The position numbers and the translations under genes were made by a program. 64,000 nucleotides of DNA, taken from contig CAWHYQ010000001.1 in assembly GCA_963833705.1 (NCBI GenBank), forward strand, positions 249,525 to 313,524. The letters are read 5' to 3'. Shown here one piece after another: positions 10,790 to 19,130 of this stretch. Position 1 is the first letter of the stretch, and every line of letters starts with the position of its first letter. Origin of the DNA: an uncultured Chloroflexia bacterium (GTDB lineage: Bacteria > Chloroflexota > Limnocylindria > Limnocylindrales > CSP1-4). The notes under the pieces were generated by a model, which was not told the origin of the DNA, did no database searches, and saw only the letters and a program-made list of their open reading frames with translations.

Positions 10790-11647
10790 CTCGTCGGCGC
10801 GACCGGTGCGGCCGGCGTCGACGTCGACGGGCCGCGCTGTCGCCGGGCTTCGTACAGGAGGATCGCGGCGCTGACGGACACGTTGAGGCTGTCCGCCACG
10901 CCGAGCATGGGCAGCCGGACGGAGTCGATGTCGTCAGCCCTCCAGGCATCCGTCAGGCCGTCGGCCTCGGCACCCAGCACGAGCGCGAGTGGTCCCTTCA
11001 GGTCGACTTCCGTGTAGAGGCGGTCTGCGTCGACTCGCGCGGCCACGATCCGCAGGCCCCGCTCGGCGAAGCCAGTCGAGGACGTCGGACGACGCCGGCG
11101 GTGCCGAGGGGCACGGTGAAGACCGTCCCGGCACTGGCGCCGGATGGCATTGGGATTGAAGGGGTCGGTGCGCGGTGACGGCGACGACGACGGCGTCGGC
11201 CCCGGCGCCATCGGCGGATCGCATGACCGCTCCGACGTTACCCGGTTTCTCGAGTGCCTCGATGACCGCGACGAGCGGGTCGGGCGGCAGATGCGAGGTC
11301 GGCCGAGGTCGGTCGATGGGATGCGGGCCACGGCGACCAGCCCCTCGGCCCGCTCGCCGAAGGCGAGCCTCGGCGAAGATGGCCTCGTTCGTGCGGTGGA
11401 CGAGACGTCGCCGGCGCCGCAGCCGGTCGAGCGCGGCCGCGGGCGTCGGCGCCGGCGAGCCGTGGCTCGCACACGAACGCCTCCATCACCTCCACCCCCG
11501 CGTCGAGCGCTCGCGCGAAGCTCGCGCGCGCCGTCGATGAGCGTCAGCCCCGTCCGGTCGCGTTCGCGTCGGTCGCGCAGGCGCGACCGCGGCCTTGATC
11601 CGTGGATTGCCGAAGCTCGTGAGCACGGTCGGGGTGGGGGAGGGCAT
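10786..11647 (-). CDS. TrmH/SpoU-family RNA 2'-O-methyltransferase (RlmB-like) disrupted by several apparent frameshifts
   Basis: Fragments of one roughly 287-aa gene spread over three frames. N-terminal LTSFGNPRIKAAVA (start ATG 11647), then ...RERDRTGLTLIDGARELRAS, then IRSADGAGADAVVVAV, then the C-terminal RIVAARVDADRLYTEVDLKGPLALVLGAEADGLTDAWRADDIDSVRLPMLGVADSLNVSVSAAILLYEARRQR (SPOUT knot region). Confidence 0.5.
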
Positions 11648-11718
11648 CGGCCTGTCATCATGCCCCGCCGGCGGTTCGCGCGAAGGCCCCGAGCTCGAGC
11701 CGCCGCCGTCGACGGTCG

Positions 11719-12495
11719 TCAACGCCAGCTCGCCGGCCTCGAGCGTCCCGGGACGCCGGCCCACCGCAGACCCGAGCGATCGCCGCCAGCGACCGAGTCG
11801 TCGAACCCGAGCGAGTGCGCGGTCAGCAACATGAACCCATCCTCCCCGAGGATCCGGGCGCACGCGGCAAGGAGCCTGGGCAGGTCATCCTCGAGCCGCC
11901 ACGGGCGCGTGCCCGGTCCGTGGCCATAACTCGGTGGGTCGAGCACGATCCCCGCATACCGGTGGCCACGACGCACCTCCCGCTCCGTGAATGCCAGCGC
12001 GTCATCGACGATCCAGCGGACCGGCCGGGCCGCGAGACCCGCCAACTCGGCGTTGCGTCGTGCCCAGGCGACCGTCGGCCGTGACGCGTCGACATGGACG
12101 ACCGCGGCGCCGGCGGCCGCCATCGCGAGCGTGCCGAGACCGGTGTAGGCGAAGAGGTGCAGCACGGCCGGCGCCTCGCCCGGGCTTCGAGCCGCGACCC
12201 GGCCCCGGAGCCATGGGAGCATCGCCTGGTGTTCGGGAAAGAGTCCCACCTGCCCGGCGTCCGTCGGGCGGAGTTCGAGGGTGATCCCGTCCAGGTCGAC
12301 GGTCCACGGCGTCATCGAACCCGGGTCGCCGCTCCAGCCGCGGTCGCGGTCGTAGCGAAGGTGTGCCGTCCGCCAGGGCGCCGGGTCGGTCCGCTCCCCG
12401 TTCGCGGTCGGCGCCGGTCGGTCCGTCACCCGGTCGCCGAACCGCTCGAGCCTCGCGCCACCCCCGATGTCGAGCAGGGCGTAGCCTCCGTCCAT
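11719..12495 (-). CDS. Class I SAM-dependent (rRNA) methyltransferase, RlmI/YccW C-terminal-type
   Basis: LFAYTGLGTLAMAAAGAAVVHVDAS...WARRNAELAGL...RWIVDDALAFTE...YAGIVLDPPSYG Rossmann MTase motifs. Start at internal ATG 12495 (MDGGYALLDIGGG). The C-terminal ~25 aa overlap the TrmH start and may also be frame-corrupted. Confidence 0.55.
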   Translation of the reverse strand: MDGGYALLDIGGGARLERFGDRVTDRPAPTANGERTDPAPWRTAHLRYDRDRGWSGDPGSMTPWTVDLDGITLELRPTDAGQVGLFPEHQAMLPWLRGRVAARSPGEAPAVLHLFAYTGLGTLAMAAAGAAVVHVDASRPTVAWARRNAELAGLAARPVRWIVDDALAFTEREVRRGHRYAGIVLDPPSYGHGPGTRPWRLEDDLPRLLAACARILGEDGFMLLTAHSLGFDDSVAGGDRSGLRWAGVPGRSRPASWR

Positions 12496-12672
12496 CGCCA
12501 CCCGACGATGATGACGCGGTGAGGGTCGGACCGTTGTCCACGAGAGGTGCCTTCGGCTATGATGCCAATCGCCGCTGGCTCCTCGTCGCCGCGGTCCTGG
12601 CATCCGTCGCGGACGTGGAACACCCGCGAGCCAACGGACCCAGGACCTCGTCGAGGGGGAACCGGCGACGTC

Positions 12673-12746
12673 GGGCGGCTAGCTCAGCTGGTTAGAGCAC
12701 TTGCTTGACATGCAAGAGGTCACTGGTTCGAGTCCAGTGTCGCCCA
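12673..12746 (+). tRNA. tRNA-Val (anticodon GAC)
   Basis: GGGCGGCTAGCTCAGCTGGTTAGAGCACTTGCTTGACATGCAAGAGGTCACTGGTTCGAGTCCAGTGTCGCCCA. Cloverleaf with 7-bp acceptor stem, anticodon stem CTTGC/GCAAG, anticodon loop TTGACAT, T-loop TTCGAGT, and an encoded CCA after A73. Confidence 0.85.
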
Positions 12747-12759
12747 CCATCAGATCGAG

Positions 12760-12999
12760 ACCGAAGAGAGCGTCGAGCGGGACGCGCCGCGTGGAGCGAA
12801 CCCTTCCAGAGAGCCGGGTCCAGGCTGGAAGCCCGGCGGGTCACCACCACTCGGTACCACCCGTGAGCGGCCGGCGAACCGGCCCGGGCGTCGCCCGTTA
12901 GCGCGACCATGAGTGCGCCACCAACACGGTGGCGAAGGCGGGTGGGACCGCGGGAGATGACCTCTCGTCCTGTCGATGGACGAGAGGCGTTTTGATTCT
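12760..12999 (+). promoter_or_regulatory. T-box riboswitch leader of thrS (Thr-specific, ACC specifier candidate) with intrinsic terminator
   Basis: T-box core GGGTGGGACCGCGG at 12940-12953 (consensus GGGUGGNACCGCGG). Directly followed by a 10-bp perfect hairpin CCTCTCGTCC-tgtcgat-GGACGAGAGG (12961-12987) and cgTTTTgaTTcT. Then SD GGGAGAGG (13001-08) and ATG 13015. Upstream leader contains AGAGAG elements and ACCACCAC (ACC codon + A). Confidence 0.55.
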
Positions 13000-13014
13000 C
13001 GGGAGAGGCGCACC

Positions 13015-14850
13015 ATGACGGACGAACGGATCGACGAGGCGGAGGTCGGGCTCGAGGCTCCGGCGCGCGGGTCGGCGGACGAGTTGCTCGACGCCGGGGC
13101 CCACAGCGAGCTCGACGCCATGCGCCATTCGACGGCGCACGTCATGGCCGAGGCCGTGCTGGACCTGTTCCCGGGGACCAGGCTCGGCATCGGGCCGGCC
13201 ATCGACGACGGGTTCTACTACGACTTCGAGCTGCCCCGCCCGCTGACCCCGGACGACCTCGCCGCGATCGAGGCGCGGATGGCCGCAGAGCATCGCCGCC
13301 GACCACCCGTTCGTGCGCCGCGAGCTGCCGCCGGAAGAGGGTCGTGCCTTCTTCGCCGAGCGCGAGCAGCCGTTCAAGGTGGAGATCCTCGACGACCTCG
13401 CGTGCCGGTCGAAGCGCGACGGGACACCGATGCCGCCGACCTCGGTCTACGAACACGGGCCCTTCGTCGACCTGTGCAAGGGGCCGCACGTCGCCTCGCA
13501 CCGGGGAGATCGGGCCGTTCAAGCTGCTCGCCGTCGCGGGCGCCTACTGGCGAGGCGACGAGAAGCGCCCGATGCTCCAGCGCGTCTACGGCACGGTCTG
13601 GGCGAACCAGGAGGACCTCGATCGCTACCTGTGGCGACGCGAGGAGGCGAAGAAGCGCGACCATCGCCGCCTCGGCGTCCAGCTCGATCTGTTCAGCTTC
13701 CACGACATCAGCCCGGGCTCGGCCTTCTGGCACCCTAAGGGCTGGACGCTGTACCGGACGCTCGAGGGCGCCATGCGCGAGCTGCAGGACCGCCGCGGCT
13801 ACCAGGAGATCTACACGCCGCCGCTCGTCCATCAGCGCCTCTGGGAACAGTCGGGTCACTGGGACCTCTACCGCGAGCACATGTTCCTGCTCGAGTCCGA
13901 AGGGCAGACCTACAGCCTCAAGCCGATGAACTGCCCGGAGTCCACGTACATCTACAAGAGCAAGATCCGCTCGTATCGCGACCTGCCGCTGCGCCTGTCC
14001 GAGTACGGCAAGCTCCACCGGAACGAGCTGTCCGGCACGCTCTCCGGTCTGACCCGGGTCCGCCATTTCGTCACCGACGACGCCCACGTCTATGTCCGCC
14101 CCGACCAGATCGGGTCGGAGATCGAGGCGATGCTCGGTGAGATCCGCGAGTCGTACTGGGTGGGTCGGTCTCACCCCGCGGCTGACGTTCGGGACGCGAC
14201 CCGACAAGGCGCTCGGCGACCCCGCCATGTGGGACCGGGCCGAGGCGCTCATCAAGGACGCGCTCGAGCGCTCCGGGGCCGACTACCGGATCAAGGAGAA
14301 GGACGGAGCGTTCTACGCACCGAAGATCGACATCCAGGTCGAGGACGCCCTCGGGCGCGAGTGGCAGACGGCGACCATCCAGGTCGACCTCGTGATGCTG
14401 CCCGAGCGGTTCGACCTGCACTACATCGACGAGGAGGGCAAGCAGCAGCGGCCGGTCGCCATCCATCGCGCGATCTACGGCTCGCTGGAGCGGTTCATCG
14501 GCGTCATCACCGAGCATTTCGCCGGCGCGTTCCCGCTCTGGCTGGCGCCCGGTCCAGGCCGTGGTCATCCCGATCGCCGATCGCCACGTCGAGGCAGCCG
14601 AGGAACTGGCCGGCGTGCTGCGCGCGCGCGGCCTGCGCGTCGAGGTCGACGGACTCGGACAACCGGATGCAGAACAAGATCCGCCTGGCCCAGGAGCAGA
14701 AGGTGCCGTACATGGTCGTCCTCGGCGACCGCGAGATCGAGGCCCGGACCGCCTCTCCGCGGACGCGTGCCGGCGAGCAGCAACCGCCCGAACCATGGGA
14801 CGCGCTTCGCCGACCGATTGGCCGCCGAGAGCCGCGATCGGACCGTGTGA
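13015..14850 (+). CDS. thrS: Threonyl-tRNA synthetase, reading frame broken at about 6 positions
   Basis: Conserved ThrRS blocks are recognisable in order but alternate between frames. [17 protein letters not shown] | [36 protein letters not shown]...GPHVAS | [31 protein letters not shown]...KPMNCPEST...HRNELSG...TDDAHVY | [23 protein letters not shown]...[16 protein letters not shown]...[14 protein letters not shown] | [20 protein letters not shown] | [28 protein letters not shown]... Approximate junctions at 13290, 13505, 14160, 14550, 14650, 14790. No TGS domain. Confidence 0.7.
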
Positions 14851-14947
14851 AAGGCGTATCGTGACGCCGACCGCAGCCTCGGCGGTAGTGGACCTGACTC
14901 CCGCGCCCGCCGGGCTGGCGGACGGGCACGACGGCCGGGAGGATCCG

Positions 14948-15589
14948 ATGTTCGAGGCGATCGGCGGGCGGGTCAGCCGCGTTTCTCGACGCGCCGTCCT
15001 TGGCCTTGTCGTGCTGTCGCTGGCGGGTTGCAGCGGGACGCCGTCAGGGGCGCGGGTCGACGCCGGTGGCGCGTCGGCGAGCACCGCGATCGCGGCGCCG
15101 AAGCCCGGCGGGGGCGGTGGTGCGCTCGGCGTCCCGGTCACGGCGGGCGGCGACCTGTGCAAGCTCCTTGGCCCCGGCGACTTCGCAGCGGCCGGCGTGC
15201 CCGACGCGAGCGGCCCGACCGAGAACCCGAGCGACCCACTCGACAACTTCTGCGTCTACCGCGGCCAGTCCAGCGCGACCGGTGGGATCGAGATGGACGT
15301 CAGCGTGTCCGACACCGCCGCGGACGCGCATGGTGTGTTCCCCGAGATGTTCGGCGAATACCCGGCGGCCAATGTCAAGTCGGTGACGGTCGCCGGCGCG
15401 GACGAGGCCCTGCTGAACCTGCCGACCTTCGAGGGCAGCACCGACCCCGCCCTGATCGGCGTCCGGAAAGGCAAGCTGACGATCGGCATCGGCTTTGGCA
15501 CCACCTACGCGAATGCCCAACAGGCCGCACAGCAGCTCCAGGCACTGGCGGCCCTGGCGCTCCAGCGTGGGGCGGCCCTCGGTGGCTGA
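14948..15589 (+). CDS. Lipoprotein, DUF3558-like, unknown function
   Basis: Signal peptide with lipobox (VLGLVVLSLAGCSG). Gly/Ala-rich linker and two conserved-looking Cys (DLCKLL, DNFCVY). Confidence 0.5.
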   Translation: MFEAIGGRVSRVSRRAVLGLVVLSLAGCSGTPSGARVDAGGASASTAIAAPKPGGGGGALGVPVTAGGDLCKLLGPGDFAAAGVPDASGPTENPSDPLDNFCVYRGQSSATGGIEMDVSVSDTAADAHGVFPEMFGEYPAANVKSVTVAGADEALLNLPTFEGSTDPALIGVRKGKLTIGIGFGTTYANAQQAAQQLQALAALALQRGAALGG

Positions 15590-16478
15590 CGGCGTCGCCA
15601 TCGGTTCGAAGGAGGTCCGACTCGCCGACGGGCGCCTGCTCGAAGTCACGGACGTCGGCGCGGGCGACGTCGCCCTGCTTCACATCGAGGGAACGCCGTC
15701 GGGCGCGACGGTCTACGCATCGGATGTCGAGGCCGCCCGCGCCCGTGGCCTGCGCTACATCCTCTACGCCCGGCCCGGCTACGCCGGATCGACGCGTCGA
15801 CCGGGGCGGTCCGTGGCCGACTTCGTCGCGGACGCTCGGGAGCTCCTGGATCGCCTTGGCGTGACCCGCGCGGTCGTCGTGGGTCACTCCGGTGGCGGTC
15901 CGCACGCCCTGGCGATGGCCGCGTCGGCACCGGATCTGGTCGCATCAGCGGCCGTCATCGCCGGCGTGGCGCCGATCGACGCCGCGGGGCTCGACTGGCT
16001 CGATGGCATGGCCGCCGAGAACCTCGACGAGTTCGCCGCGACCCGTGCCGGAGCCGGACCACTCGAGGCGTTCCTTGGGGGCTTCGCCGCGGAGATGGCC
16101 GTCGTGACGGGGCCGGATGTCGCCGCGTCGCTCGGTGGCCTCGTCCCGGAGGTCGACAAGGCGGTCCTGACCGGCGACTTCGCCGATGCGGTCGCGGCCT
16201 CCATCCGCGACTCGGTCCGGAACGGGATCTGGGGCTGGTTCGACGACGACCTCGCGTTCGATCGGGCGTGGGGCTTCGACCTGGCCACGATCCGCGTGCC
16301 GGTCACGATCTGGCAGGGGACCGAGGACAAGATGGTGCCGTTCGCGCATGGCCGCTGGCTGGCGGCGAACGTGCCGGGCGCACGGGCCATGCTGCTCGAT
16401 GGCGAGGGCCATCTGTCGATCGCCGCCGCTGGATTTGGTCGCATCCTCGACGACGTCATGGCGGCGGTGCGCGACTAG
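15582..16478 (+). CDS. Alpha/beta hydrolase fold protein
   Basis: LLHIEGTPSG, nucleophile elbow GHSGGG, C-terminal His region. GTG 15582 start overlaps the upstream stop; start uncertain. Confidence 0.7.
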   Translation: MADGVAIGSKEVRLADGRLLEVTDVGAGDVALLHIEGTPSGATVYASDVEAARARGLRYILYARPGYAGSTRRPGRSVADFVADARELLDRLGVTRAVVVGHSGGGPHALAMAASAPDLVASAAVIAGVAPIDAAGLDWLDGMAAENLDEFAATRAGAGPLEAFLGGFAAEMAVVTGPDVAASLGGLVPEVDKAVLTGDFADAVAASIRDSVRNGIWGWFDDDLAFDRAWGFDLATIRVPVTIWQGTEDKMVPFAHGRWLAANVPGARAMLLDGEGHLSIAAAGFGRILDDVMAAVRD

Positions 16479-16595
16479 CCCTCGTCATTGTCGGCTTCAG
16501 AACCTGTGTGCTATCCTCCGCCTTCGGCCGGAACCGGGTCGTCGTGTACCCGCGCCGGTCGTGATCGAATCTCGTCATCACGAAGGGGACAGACC

Positions 16596-17410
16596 ATCAG
16601 TCGAGACCTGCGCGTCAATCAGATGATCCGGATCCCGCAGGTTCGGGTCGTTGATGAAGAAGGTGCCCAGCTTGGGGTCATGCCCACGCCCCGGGCGCTC
16701 GAAATGGCGCAGGAACGAGGCCTGGACCTCGTCGAGGTCGCCCCGATGGCTTCGCCACCGGTCGTCAAGTTCCTTGACTTCGGTCAATACAAGTACGACC
16801 TGACGAAGCGGGAGAAGGAAGCCAAGCGCAAGCAGCGTTCGGTGACCTTCAAGGAAGTCCGCCTCTCGCCGAAGATCGGCAGCGGCGACTTCGATACCAA
16901 GGTCCATCGGGCGATCGAGTTCCTCGAGGATGGCGATCGGATCAAGGTGACCGTCCGGTTCCGCGGACGCGAACTGACCCATCCGGAGCTCGGACGCAAC
17001 CTCATCGCGAGGTTCGTGGAGCGCGTCAAGGACCACGGTGTCGCGGAGCGGACGCCGCTCCTCGAAGGCAAGTCGATGCACATCACGATGGCATCGCTGC
17101 ACAAGCCGAAGGCCACGACGCGCCGCACCCGAGGACCACCGACGGTGGGGACGGTACGCACGAGAGCATCGAGCCGGCGGAGACGCCGGTCGCGAAGCCG
17201 GCGGAAACGCCGGTCGTTCCAGAACCTGCGGTCGCCGCGGAGGCGGTGCCCGTCGCGGTCGCCGCACCGAAGGCGACCAGCGCGCCGGTCGCGGAACCGG
17301 CGCCAGTGGCGCCGGCTGCGGCCCCGGTCGCTGCGGCGACCACGGCAACGAGAACGAAGACGACGAGTGACAGCAAGCCGGCCCCGGAGCCAGTGCCGAC
17401 AGGAGAGTGA
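16596..17410 (+). CDS. infC: Translation initiation factor IF-3 with non-ATG (ATC) start and an Ala/Pro/Glu-rich C-terminal extension; frame lost near 17090-17150
   Basis: ISRDLRVNQMIRIPQVRVVDEEGAQLGVMPTPRALEMAQERGLDLVEVAPMASPPVVKFLDFGQYKYD...KEVRLSPKIGSGDFDTKVHRAIEFLEDGDRIKVTVRFRGRELTHPELGRNLIARFVERVKDHGVAERTPLLEGKSMHITMA is canonical IF3. SD GAAGGGGA lies 6 nt before ATC 16596. As sequenced the frame runs without a stop into rpmI. The +2 frame instead gives an APE-rich tail (PAETPVAKPAETPVVPEPAVAAEAVPV...KPAPEPVPTGE) ending at TGA 17408-10, just before the rpmI SD/start. Confidence 0.65.
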
Positions 17411-17417
17411 GGCCAGA

Positions 17418-17615
17418 GTGCCGAAGATGAAGAGCCACAAGGCGGCCCAGAAGCGCATCGGCGTGACCGGGAGCGGCAAGATCAAGCGCGTCAACGCCTG
17501 GCGTGGCCACCACCTCGAGATCAAGTCGTCCCGACGCACGCGGCGCTACGCCGGCGTGTCGATCATCGGGACCGAGCATGCCAAGCAGGTCCGCCGCCTG
17601 CTGCCGTACCTCTAG
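17418..17615 (+). CDS. rpmI: 50S ribosomal protein L35
   Basis: (M)[73 protein letters not shown] lies 10 nt upstream of GTG 17418. Confidence 0.85.
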   Translation: MPKMKSHKAAQKRIGVTGSGKIKRVNAWRGHHLEIKSSRRTRRYAGVSIIGTEHAKQVRRLLPYL

Positions 17616-17629
17616 GAGCACGTTCTTCC

Positions 17630-17980
17630 ATGGCACGAGTCAAGCGGGGCGTCACGTCCCACAGGCGCCACAAGCGCCTCATGCAGGACGCCGAGGGCCG
17701 CAAGGGCACGAAGTCGCGCCTGGTCAAGCCCGCCCGCGAGGCACTGCTCCACGCGCTCGCGTATGCGACCCGCGACCGCAAGCAGCGAAAGCGCCAGATG
17801 CGCCAGCTGTGGATCGTCCGGATCAACGCGGCGGCTCGCCAGAACGGCCTCACCTACGGGCAGTTCATCAACGGCCTGAAGAAGGCAGAAGTCGAGATCG
17901 ACCGCAAGATCCTGGCCGATCTGGCCGTGCGGGACGCGGCGACCTTCGGTCGGATCGCCGAGCTCGCCAAGGGGGCGTGA
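17630..17980 (+). CDS. rplT: 50S ribosomal protein L20
   Basis: [73 protein letters not shown]... canonical L20. Confidence 0.9.
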   Translation: MARVKRGVTSHRRHKRLMQDAEGRKGTKSRLVKPAREALLHALAYATRDRKQRKRQMRQLWIVRINAAARQNGLTYGQFINGLKKAEVEIDRKILADLAVRDAATFGRIAELAKGA

Positions 17981-18089
17981 CACCGCCCGGACGCCGACGA
18001 CACCCGGAACCCGAGCCCCGGCGTGCCCTCGACCGTCCCTGACGGCGAGGGCTCGTGATTCCCGGTAGCGCACCGCACGAAGGGATCCC

Positions 18090-19130
18090 GTGGACCTGTC
18101 GGAACTGACCCGCGAACTCGAGGCGCTGCGCGATGAGACGCTGACCGCGGTGGCGGCCTGTGACGACGTGGCCGCCCTCGAGGCGATCGACCTCGATGTC
18201 CTGGGCAAGAAGGGCCGGTTGACCGGCGTGCTGCGCGGGATCGGCGCCCTGCCGGCCGAGGATCGCCCGCGGGTCGGTGCGATCGCCAATGTCGTCCGGG
18301 AAGCCATCGAAGCCGCGCTCACCGAGCGTGGTCGCCTGCTGCGCGGTTCCGCGCTGACCGCGCGCCTCGCGGCCGAGGCGGTGGATGTCACCACACCGGG
18401 CCGGCCGATCCGACGGGGCACGCTCCACCCGAGCATCCAGGCGATGCGTGAGATCGGCGAGATCTTCGGTCAGTTCGGGTTCGTCTCCTACGAGAGCCCG
18501 GAGATCGAGGACGACCTGACCAACTTCCAGATGCTCAACATCCCGCCGGATCACCCCGCCCGCGACCTGTGGGACACGCTCTACGTGGATGTCGAAGGCC
18601 ACCTCCTGCGGACCCATACCTCGCCCGGCCAGATCCACGTGATGCGATCGACGCCGCCGCCGATCCGTGCCCTCCTGCCCGGACGCTGCTTCCGCTACGA
18701 GTCGATCGATGCGTCGCATGGCTCGGAGTTCTTCCAGGTCGAGGGCCTGATGATCGACGAAGGCACGACCATGGGCGACCTCAAGGGCCTCCTGGTCGAG
18801 TTCGCCAAGGCCAACTACGGGGCCGACAAGCGCACCCGCTTCCGCCCGGGCTACTACCCGTTCACCGAGCCATCGGTCGCCTTCGACGTGGAGTGTCTCG
18901 TGTGTGGTGGGCCGGGTTGTCCGGCCTGTGGACGCACCGGCTGGATGACCGTCCTTGGCGCCGGCATGGTCCATCCCGTCGTGCTCCAGTACGGCGGCCT
19001 CGACCCGGAGCGGTACCAGGGCTTCGCGTTCGGGATGGGCCCCGAGCGGATCAAGATGCTCAAGCACGGCATCAGCGACCTGCGGCTGTTCCTGGAGAAC
19101 GACGTCCGCTTCCTGGAGCAGTTCCGATGA
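18090..19130 (+). CDS. pheS: Phenylalanyl-tRNA synthetase alpha subunit
   Basis: Class II motifs (FRPGYYPFTEPS, GAGMVHP), GTG start, intact. Confidence 0.9.
   Translation: MDLSELTRELEALRDETLTAVAACDDVAALEAIDLDVLGKKGRLTGVLRGIGALPAEDRPRVGAIANVVREAIEAALTERGRLLRGSALTARLAAEAVDVTTPGRPIRRGTLHPSIQAMREIGEIFGQFGFVSYESPEIEDDLTNFQMLNIPPDHPARDLWDTLYVDVEGHLLRTHTSPGQIHVMRSTPPPIRALLPGRCFRYESIDASHGSEFFQVEGLMIDEGTTMGDLKGLLVEFAKANYGADKRTRFRPGYYPFTEPSVAFDVECLVCGGPGCPACGRTGWMTVLGAGMVHPVVLQYGGLDPERYQGFAFGMGPERIKMLKHGISDLRLFLENDVRFLEQFR

Noticed and set aside
8202-11017. ORFs 8375..11017(+), 8202..9251(-), 9969..10949(-)
   Set aside because: Antisense or off-frame to the amidohydrolase and FAD oxidoreductase. Extreme Arg/Pro/Gly bias with no motifs.
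12860-12885. GGGTGGTACCG on the minus strand (plus-strand CGGTACCACCCG), an 11/11 match to the T-box core in the wrong orientation
   Set aside because: On the minus strand it would point into the antisense of tRNA-Val with no downstream gene or terminator. The correctly oriented T-box core plus terminator is at 12940-12994. It is probably part of the stem I / specifier region (ACC repeats) of the plus-strand leader.
12750-12940. Possible SRP RNA / RNase P-like motifs (CCAGGCTGGAAGCCCGG resembling SRP domain IV)
   Set aside because: Lacks the conserved GGAAGCAGC and the overall helix. Better explained as T-box leader stem structures.
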